DNA of 64,000 nt from Camelus dromedarius. Taxonomy: Eukaryota. Position numbers and translations under genes: made by a program. Position 1 is the first letter of the stretch. Each line of letters starts with the position of its first letter. This document shows positions 54,326 to 64,000 of this stretch, one piece after another. The notes beneath the pieces are model-generated. The model ran no database searches, was not told where the DNA came from, and saw nothing but the letters and a program-made list of their open reading frames with translations. The DNA is taken from assembly GCF_036321535.1 (NCBI RefSeq), contig NC_087436.1, forward strand, positions 10,974,001 to 11,038,000, read 5' to 3'.

Positions 54326-54688
54326 ACTATGGACTGAACTGTGTCCCCCCCAAATCGAAATGTTAAATCCTAACCCTCAATGGGATGGGACTTTTAGAAG
54401 GTAGTTAAGGCAAAATGAAACCATCAGAGTGGGACCTTATGAAGAGATTGGTGGCTTTATAAGAAGAGGAAGAGAGAGATTGCTTTCTCTCGACCATTTC
54501 AAGACATAGTGAGAGGCAGCCATCTTCCTGAAGCCAGGAAGAGAGCCTTCACCAGGAAACAAAATGGCTTTGCATCTTATAATTCCCAGCCTCTAGAACT
54601 GGGAAAAATCAATGTCTTAAATTTCCATTATTTAATGTACTGAGTCTATGGTATTTCATTACAGCAGTCTGACCAGGCCAGTATTACA
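54326..54688 (+). mobile_element. MaLR LTR (MLT1A-like)
   Basis: 'tatggactgaactgtgtccccc', 'ctttataagaagaggaagagagaga', 'aagccaggaagagagccttcacca', 'agtctatggtattt'. Confidence 0.88.
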
Positions 54689-54880
54689 CCCACACACACC
54701 CACAAACACACACACCTATGCACACACACACACACACACACACACACTGAAAGTATACACAATAAACTGTTAAGAGTGGCTATTTTCAAGGAGTGTTAAT
54801 GGAAATTTTTGAGGGAGGAAAGAGGACGGGAAGATTGCATTTTATGTTAATCTTGTGTAATGTATGAAATTTTAATAAAG

Positions 54881-55445
54881 TGCCAGAGAGGAAGAAATTT
54901 TCTTCTGCCCTTCTGGGTTCTTCTGGCTGGTCTAAGGTTTAAACTGAGATGAGACAGATTAAGAGGAGAAAGTCAAATAAAAGTTTAATAACGTGCATAC
55001 ATGAGAGAGACCCAGGAAAACCCAAATGGCTGAAACTCTCACCTTATATACAACCTTCAGCTAAAGACAACAGAGGATGTTAGGGGTAGTGGTTGGGACT
55101 TCAAAGGGAAGGAAGATAATTCATATGGAGATGGAAAATCAAATATTAGGTAAACAAATGTTTGCTGGGCCGTGAAGAGACGGTGGGACACAGAGTAGAC
55201 TCTTAATCTCTAGGCTCTGTGGAGATTCCCAGCTTCTCCCACCATATCCAGCCCATACTCTTTACAGATAGCTCTGGAGAGAGCTCTATTCTGGGAATAA
55301 GTCCTTTGTCTAAATTCTTCAGGCAGTTAAAGGGAAGGTAACAAGAAAACCTTTCTGAGTCTCCTGTTTCTTAAGAATAATCAGCCCAAATTAATCCTCA
55401 TGCCAGAGAAACACATTTTGGGATGGCAAATTGTGCTCCTTTAGA
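54881..55445 (-). mobile_element. MER34-like ERV1 solo LTR
   Basis: Full length, colinear with the 49573 copy; possible TSD aaag/gaag. Confidence 0.88.
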
Positions 55446-56507
55446 GAAGTGAGTGTATTAATTTTTGTCTTAAAACCTAAAGAAAATTTGTTGAGGGGCT
55501 AGTGGCTATTTTGTTTGCCTTTGTTCAGTAGCTATGAGGGAAAACAATTTAAAACTTTATAGCACATAGTAGATATTTAAAAATATTTGTTAACTGAACA
55601 GAAATTTGTGGTTTTGAATTGAACTATATTTTGACGTAGGGACTTTAACCTATATATAGTGTTTCTGACACACACAAAACACACACATATTTATATATAT
55701 ATGACCCTATGCATTGAATACCATGTTCCTGTTGTCAAAGACACATCTCAGAAAACATTTTGTCACTCACTCCCTTTCTTAATAAAGTCTGACTCCCTTT
55801 GTGGGAGAATGATACAGTCAGACAAATGAGCTCCAGGATGCAGAGGGATGGTTATGAGGAAAGGCGACCCTACTGAAAGAGAACAATGTTGGTTCGAGCA
55901 AAGCCATAAAAAGGGTTCCTCACTATGTAATTTTACACATATAGCCACACATGACTCAATACTAGTAGTATTTCTTAACCAAAAGTAAAATGAAAAAGGA
56001 AGAGAAAGGGAGAAGGAAGACTAGAATCTGCATATATAAAAATATGTGAGCAAGAGTACATTATATAAAAACCCCAAAATTCTTAACAAATACATTCAAA
56101 TAAATATATTTCAAGTTCAGAGATACACAGTCACATAGCAAATGAATATGGCACCGAGACTAGTGTCTGGTTGCAAACTCTATGACAGACAGAATAGAAA
56201 TGTGTAGAAACTGGTAGATTTGAGTCACAGTCACTTTGCACCTTTACAAGCTGTTCAAGTTGTTTCTGGTTGAAGTAATAGCGATGTCTTGATAGTAATA
56301 TCAAATTTGTCTCATCTTCCTTACAAATACCTAATAACCTTTCTCAAAATAAGTCAGATCTGTTTTCTAGATTTGATAATATAGAAAAAATATTTGAAAC
56401 CAGCATAAATCTTGTTAAGCTTACAAAGTATCTTCATGTACATCTTCCCATTTGGTGATCACAACAATCTTCTGAAGAAGTCTTTTATAGACCAAAAACC
56501 CCAAATC

Positions 56508-57062
56508 TGAGATAAGAAGAAAGGGGAGCAGGGTACAACCATTAAAGGAATGACAGCGATGAGCACCAAGATGGTGGAAAATTCAACTCCCACTAGATGT
56601 TGAGGTCCAGATGGTAGGAGATTTGACTTCCAGGAGAACTTGAGCTTCATTATATACTCATTATAATATAATAGCGTGGTGAATGGTACTCCCACAGGCT
56701 CCATGACAGTTCTGGCCATAAAAGATCAAAAAGGGAATGGTGTCTCAGTTTTTGGGAATCCCAGCCCCTTCCCCAAAGTAGTTAGAATAATCCTCCCACT
56801 TGTTAGCATATGAAATAACTGAGCCCATTAAAACTAGCAACACCGTGCCTCGCAGCCTCTTGCTCTGTCACCTTCAGGGACACCCTGCACTGTCTATGGA
56901 GTGTACATCTCTCTGAATAAATTTACTTTTACTCAACTATGGCTCACTCTTGAATTCTTTCCTGCGTGAAACCCAGGACCCTCACTTGATGGGGTGTGTC
57001 CCAGGATCTCAGTTGAAACCCTGGGACACAGCCATCCTTTCATGCCCCATTTTCCTGTATCA
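56508..57062 (+). mobile_element. ERV1-type solo LTR
   Basis: tga...tca termini, AATAAA near 56916, 'cttgaattctttcctgcgtgaa', TSD aatc/tatc. Confidence 0.8.
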
Positions 57063-57954
57063 TATCTAAGGGAAGTTAAATGATACCATTTTCACACAGC
57101 AGGTGAGTAGTAGGGCTATGATATAAGTGTAGATATGCTGATTTTAGATCTAGCCTTTTAAAAGTATTATGGTGGAAATTCCATAATTGTTTTAGAAAAC
57201 TACAGAATAAAAATATTCCAGGAAGCAGAATATTTCCTGGGTCTTTTGCTGTTTTATTCTTTAATATCTCAACAGTTAGCCAACTGAAACTGTAAATAGC
57301 TTTATCTTTTTCTACAAAAGCAGAATTTTATCTTTTTTCCCTTTATGCTGCATGCACTTGGTAATTATAAACTTCATATTTGAGCCAAATAACTTAATAA
57401 AAAACTTTCAGCCCTAGTTTAAAATTTAGAAGCCTTCAGATAGGATACTAGCATCATTTTGCAATGTTTAAAGGTTCACAGAATTGACTTTAAATGACCC
57501 ATATGAATCTCTTAGCACATAGAAGCTAGAAGAGTTTATTAGAGCAGGTGTGTATAGCAGTTACTGAAGCAACGTATTTTAATAGCTGAAGCTTATATGA
57601 TTACAAGTCACCCTCCTTTATTAAAATGACCAATTAGAAGGCAGTCGTCTACTTTTAAAGCTGGAAACGTAGGCTGGATTTTTCTTTTTAATGAAAAGGA
57701 CAAGACAGTGCTTAAATTTGAGTTTAATGGTCTGCAAATCTCCACCCTCATTTTGCAGCACTGAAATTTAGTCCAAGAAAGCATAGGTATAGTTATAAAG
57801 GCTGGTTGTACTCCGTCCCCCAACCAGAAGGCCAAGGAGGAACAATAATAGCAGTTCTCCGAATTATACTACATTTTCTCTTTCCTCTCTACATTTCTAG
57901 GGAGAAATTGGAGATCAAAATGAAAAATAGAGGTGGAAGGTGAACTTTAAACTC

Positions 57955-58340
57955 TATGGTAGTTGGGTTCTGACTTCAAGAAGCAGATGTTGGGACAGAA
58001 TTAGGAATACAGGAAGCTGGTTAGGCAGCAACATCTGAAAGCAAAAAGAGCAGAAGCAGGTTCAGACAGCAGGAGCCGTGATACAGCACTACAGATCCAA
58101 CAGAGTCTCTTCTTTCCCAGGGGGAAGCAGAAGCAGAGGTTATCCCAGTCAAGGTCACATTGGGGTGGAATTGGCTAGGCCTTGGTTCCACTGTCTTGGT
58201 TGGTCATTGATAGGCTCACCTCAAGAATGGTATGACCTTGACTCAAAAGCTGCGGTATCTCTGAAGGGGTTGCAGGAGGTTCTCAGTTGGCTTCTTTCCT
58301 TCCCTGGAAGGGCTCTGTGGGGCACATTCCCATGTTTACA
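57955..58340 (-). mobile_element. Old ERVL LTR (LTR16-like)
   Basis: 'gggttc...agaagcaga', 'agaagcagg', 'ggtcattg..aggct' layout. Confidence 0.5.
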
Positions 58341-60869
58341 CACGTGTATACATCTATTGGTTACACATATGGGTATGAATATTTGTGCTTGATATCAGTT
58401 ATATATTTATTATGTATAATACAAGAACAAAAGTCCCCATGAGTTAAGACGAGTGTTCATTCAATTCATAATAAAAAAAAATCACTTACTTAGTTTTCTT
58501 ATAATCTTTATATTTTAAAGATTATGAACATACATTAACATGTACCTTACCCTGAATCATCCAGTTGCTTTGGAATGAAAACATCAGAGAGAAAAAAGAC
58601 TAGAATGTATATATTCAGTATTGTTTATAAATATATTCAATAAGTTATAGACAAAGTCAGGCTAAAGCCTATGTAAAGAATTCCACAGCTAACAGCCTTG
58701 TAGGGCAAGAAGGCTGGTCCTTCTGAAATACCACTTTGGTGGTGGCATTTAACCTGTTCACACACTGTGTGGATGGCCATGCTCCATGTACAGAACAGGA
58801 CAAAACAAATTCCTCAAACTAGCCTCTGACACAAAGATTATTCTAGTGTGGGTCATTGTCAGTTGCAAAGCCACTTCTCAGCTACTTCAGTATAGTTTAT
58901 TTACATAATACTCAAATTTTTAGACGTGTAAAATAACCTAATATTAGCACTTGGTGGCTATTAATGAACTGACTTGAAAAGAAATCTTAGTCTAAATCAA
59001 CAAAGAATTAAAGATGATAGCAAAAAAGTAAGACTATCCAGGAAATTCAGTGGCAAAAGAAATATTATTCGGGTTTAGAATATGTGGAAGTATCTAGGGG
59101 AGTTAAAGATGTGGCTTATAGCATGGGCCCCCGGGAATTCAGCTGAGAACAGAATTTAAGTGTGGTGACATATTGAAACAAGAATTACCCATGATTTCCT
59201 TTTTTGTCCTTCATCTTCATCCCTTCTTCTAACCATCCCACCATGGCAGACACTTAGTGTCTCCAAGCTACATACTACAATGCCCTATGCACTCAAATCT
59301 GAACCACCTGCCTCTCCCCGACCACACCCTTCATTGCCTCCATGACGTGCCTCACTAACTGCACACTAGCTCCTTCTTTAAAGGAACAAAATACCATAGC
59401 AATATGAAAACAGTTCTGATCCAGCCATCTACTTCCTAGCTGTGGAGACTAAGGCAGGTTGTAAGATGGAAGTATAAATGTGTTCATGCATTAAGTTGCT
59501 GTGAAGATTAGGTGGGTTAATACGTGTAAAGCACTTAGAGCAGTGGATAATTATTCACTCAGGAAAATAAGCAAACTACGCAATCTAGATACAGGAAATA
59601 GCTCATTTGTTAATATATATTGATTTTTCAAAAATAGTTATTCGTGGTTTATAAGAGACTAAACATTATTTGTTCAATATTACCCATCCTCTTCTGGTAC
59701 ATAATTTGTGCACTCTAAGACACATGGAAGGGATTTTTCCATAATCATAGGAGGAGGTAGTAGCTTGGTTAGGTCAGGTTTCCCCAAGGAAAAGGGAAAA
59801 AGGATACACAAAAGAATTTATTATATCTATTATCCTTCAGGCTCTTCCAGACCAATTTGAATCACATTGGTTAGAAAAATAAAGGCTAGACACTGATGGA
59901 ACTATTTTCATAAAACATTTGATAAGATTCCATGCGAAGAATAAATGCTGGAAATTGACCTATTTTAAGAGAGACTTTGGGAGGAACTCTAAGCACAGTC
60001 TCCCTGCCTCTGCACTTAAACCAATGGGATTCTATCACTCCAGCAATTGTGAGATAATGCCCACGGAGACAACTGTGATATTTCCCCCATGAGTGCCATC
60101 AGCCATGTCAGCCAGCTTTGTGGAGTGAGTTTATACACAGCAGATGTCAAAAACTGCAAGTGATTCATTGGCATAAAACTGGTTTGGAGGCATATATGAG
60201 GTATGCCTTTGGGGCCTCCCAGAAATAACTGAGAAATGCTTTGAGACACTGCTTGAACATGAAGGGTATTATTGCGAATCATCAGAACTGGGGTATAAAA
60301 ATAAATGTGATTTCACTTGTGCCCCAAAACTAGTACTCCTGGGGAAATTCAGGATTACATACATTTGATTCAGGCCTCTTGTTTAAAGAATATAACTATA
60401 TACTGTCAACTAAATAATAAATTAATTATTTTTGTAGTTTAGAATGTAAAAAAAAAGAAAAAGATTAACACCTAAAGGAAAAGTTACTAATAGAAAAAAT
60501 ACAATTTAATTAAAATATTTTTAACTTCTGGAATTTTAAAAATATAGAATTAAAAAATACGAACAGAAAAAAATAATACATTGTCTTCAATTCTTCAATT
60601 AATAACAAATGCTGTAAGAAAATGCTAAACAGAAAATTAGAGTTACTTAATGAGGCAAATAATTGCCAATTATAATCTTAATAACAGTTCCTACAGGATA
60701 TGAGAGGGAAGAATCAATGTATCTGAAAAACATTAAAATTGATCTTACTTTTAAAGTAAATTACATTATTGTACACTCTTACCTCATATCCTAGATATAA
60801 AATCATATCACAGGAAAGATCATCTCCCATCTGCCAGTAAAACCTCTGACCCAGAATTTCTACTTTCAT

Positions 60870-62460
60870 CCTTTAGGGAATACCAGGAACTAGATTTGCT
60901 CCGTCCCACCTAAAATACTAAAAGGCTAGACAAAATAAATAAAGCAACAGCTTTCCAACATTGTACAGCAAGCAGTGTTGAAAGAAAAGGAAGAAACAAC
61001 ATATGACCTAAAAATGCTCAGGTTACTGCCTAGAGAGGTTCTCAAGATGAAGTGCAGGGAGGTGGGGTACCCAAATTGAGCCCAGTAGTTTCCTTGGGCT
61101 GGGAAGACAGAGTTCAGGGTTCAGGAAGGCTAAGCTGTCAGAACTGTTAAGGCAGTTAACTGAAGAGGACAGGGCTGCCCAAAGAGCTGTGGAGATATGC
61201 ATAGGGTATTCCTTGAGGCTTCACCTGATCAGTGCATACCATAAAAAAAAAAACAAAAAAACAAAAACCACAAAGCCTGGGAAAAGAAACACTTGGAAGG
61301 AGCAGAAACACTCAGAGCTTAAGAAGAACAAGGAATAGTTCATGTTCTAACTGGCCAGAGTGTGTACACTTTCTAACACATAAAGCATCAAGTAGAGTCT
61401 TCAGGAGAATGTTGCGCCACAGTAGTGTTATCAAATTAGCCCAAGATTAAAGGCTGCCCTGGGTCATCTAACAGATCTTATAATTAAGCCTTGAAAGGAT
61501 CAAACTGCTTCAAATTAACTTTATTTCACCCCAGAACAGAGCCAAAAATATTTAAGAAATACAAAATAAAAACTCTGGCACCCAACAAGGTAAAATTTGC
61601 AACATCTAGTTTAGCATCCAAATAGAAAATAACATATATACAAATAGCAGGAATATACAATATGCCATGAATACATAAACACACAGAAATGCTACAGATG
61701 ATAGAAATAGTTGACAAGGATGCTGAAAAAGCTATTATAAATATATTCCACATGTTCAAGAATGTAGAGAAATGTATGAGCATAATAAGAGACATGGAAG
61801 ACAGTTGAAGAACCCAGATCAAATTTCCAAAAATGAAAAAAAAGAAAAGAAAAATATACTAGATGAGATTAAGAGTGGATTAAATACTGTATAAGAAACA
61901 TTTAATGATTATGAGGACATTGCCATAGAAACTATCCAAAATTAAACAGGGAAAGAAATAACACTAAGAAAAAATGGACTATGGCATGAACTATGGAATG
62001 AGAAAAAAGAATGAGTTGTGGAAGTTGAGAGAGGGAAACAGAAAAAAAAATGAAGAAACAGTGGCTGAACTCTTCCCAAATTTGATGAAAATTGTAAGCC
62101 TTCAGATCCAAGAAGCTAAACAAACCCCAAGCACAAGGCATACAAAAAATGTTACATCAAGACATGTCATAAACAATCCTCTTAAAACCAGAGATGAAGA
62201 AAAATAACCCTAAAATTACCCTCTCTGCCCTGCAAAAGCCACATGACATTGAGAGGAATCAAGATAAGCATGGCAGCTGATTTTTTGTCAGAAACAGTGA
62301 CAGTCAAAACAGAATGTAGTGCCATCTTTAAAGCATGGAAAGAAAAAAAAATCAACCTAGAATTCCATGCACAAGTAATATGCCATTGAAGAGAACAAGA
62401 AATAAAAACTTCACATGTATAAAAGCTGAGAGAATTCATCACCAGTGGATTAATACTATA
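60870..62460 (+). mobile_element. Old L1M 5'UTR and degenerate ORF1
   Basis: 'gcacccaacaaggtaaaatt', 'acagatgatagaaatag', 'cttcccaaatttgatgaaaa', 'cagatccaagaagct', 'agagaattcatcaccag'. Confidence 0.85.
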
Positions 62461-62469
62461 TCTAAGACA

Positions 62470-62650
62470 AGGAGAGAATAAAGACATTTTTAGACATACA
62501 AGGTTAGATAATTTATACTTCATCTTTACCTCTTCCAAGATGACACTGGAGGCTATATTTTCCCCAAAAGAGGGATTAAACCAAGAAAGAGAAATACAGG
62601 TGGTCCAGATGCAGGAGAGTCAATCCAGGAAAAGAAATAAGGGCAAGTGG
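62470..62650 (+). mobile_element. HAL1-like fragment
   Basis: 'aaagacatttttagacatacaagg...actggagg...gagggattaaaccaagaaagag'. Confidence 0.65.
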
Positions 62651-62654
62651 AAAG

Positions 62655-64000
62655 AACAACTATATCTGAATAAATGGATAATCTAAAAGAAATGGATAAA
62701 TATACAACCTACCTACTACATCATGAAGTAATAGAAAATTTGAACAGACCAATAATTAGTAAGAAAATTAAATCAGTAATCAAACCAAACATTTAAAGAA
62801 GAATTAATGCCAACTGTCTTCATATAGATGCAAAAATCCTCAACAAAATACTAATAATGTTAGGTCACAAAACAAGTCTCAACAAATTTAAGCAGACTGA
62901 AATTATATCAAGCATATTTTCTGACCATAACTGTATAAAACTAGAAATCAACAAGAAAAAAATGAAAAAAAAAATGAACATGTAGAGAATAACCTATAGG
63001 CTACTGAACAACCAATGGGTCAACAAAGAAATCAAAGAGGAAATAAAAAAAATACTCTGAGACAAATGACAATGGAAATACAATGATCCAAAATCTATGG
63101 GACAGACTAAGGACAGTTCTAAGAGGGAAGTTTAGAGCAATACAAGCCTACTTCAAGAAACAAGAAAAATTTCTAATAAACAACCTAATCTTATACCTAA
63201 AGGAATTATAAAATGGAGAACAAACAAGATCTAACTTATAGTAGAAGGAAAGAAATCATTAAGATCAGGGAAGAAATAGATGAAATTGAGGCTTAAAAAA
63301 ATAGAAAATATCAATGAAACTAAGAGCTGATTCTTTAAAGGATTAAAAAAATAGGTAAACCTTTTGTCAGACTCCTCAAGATAAAAAGAAAAAGGATGAA
63401 AATAAATACAATCAGAAATGAAAGAGAAGTTACAACTGACACCACAGAAATGCAAGAGACCATAAGAGGCTACTACAAACAATTATATGCCAACAAATTG
63501 AACAGTCTAGAAGAAATGGATACATTCCTAGAATGTTTCAAAACTGAATCAGAAACAGAAAATCTGAACAGACTGATCACTAGTAATGAAATTGAATCAG
63601 AAATAAAAAAAAACTCCCAATAAACAAAAGTCCAAGAGCAGCCACATTCACAGGTAAATAATAACATTTAAAGAAGAATTAATATCTATCCTTCTCAAAC
63701 TATACCAAAAATTGAAGAGGAAGAAAGTCTTCCAAACTCAGCATTACCCTGATACCAAAACCAGATAAAGACACTACAAAAACAGAAAATTACAAGCCAA
63801 TATCCCTGATGAACACAGATGCAAAAGACTTCAACAAAATATTAGTAAACTTAATTCAACAATACATTTAAAAGATTATACAGATTGACCAAGTCATCCC
63901 AGGAATGCAAGGATGTTTCAATATTTGCAAATGAATCAATGTGATACACAATATGAACAACACAAGGATAAAAGTCATATGATCATCTCAACAGATGTGG
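62655..64000 (+). mobile_element. LINE-1 ORF2 fragments: a deleted piece (62655-62855), then a continuous degenerate ORF2 running off the window
   Basis: Peptide [34 protein letters not shown]...; 'aaattacaagccaatatccctgatgaacacagatgcaaaa'. Confidence 0.92.

Overview
This is AT-rich mammalian non-coding DNA, most likely camelid. The basis is a tRNA-Ala-derived vic-1-like SINE at ~26.5 kb and young L1 3' ends that I recall as camelid-type; no database search was run. I found no intact protein-coding gene, RNA gene or prokaryotic-type system. The listed ORFs are short and come from repeats, microsatellites or chance. Roughly half the window is transposon-derived: LINE-1 fragments of several ages (all long ones on +), about 15 ERV1-type LTRs including nine MER34-like copies, MaLR/ERVL LTRs, MIR/L2, Tigger1 pieces and HAL1. 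The most interesting observations are: (1) an unexplained ~165-bp palindrome at 18.58-18.74 kb with an octamer (ATTTGCAT) in each arm; (2) a MER34-like LTR that keeps a tRNA-Arg-like primer-binding site and leader; (3) several nested insertions with readable target-site duplications (TSDs); (4) an L1 5'UTR fused directly to mid-ORF2; (5) opposite strand biases of L1s and LTRs, with candidate minus-strand non-coding exons. Family names come from recalled consensus sequences and need RepeatMasker/Dfam confirmation. Boundaries without a TSD are approximate.
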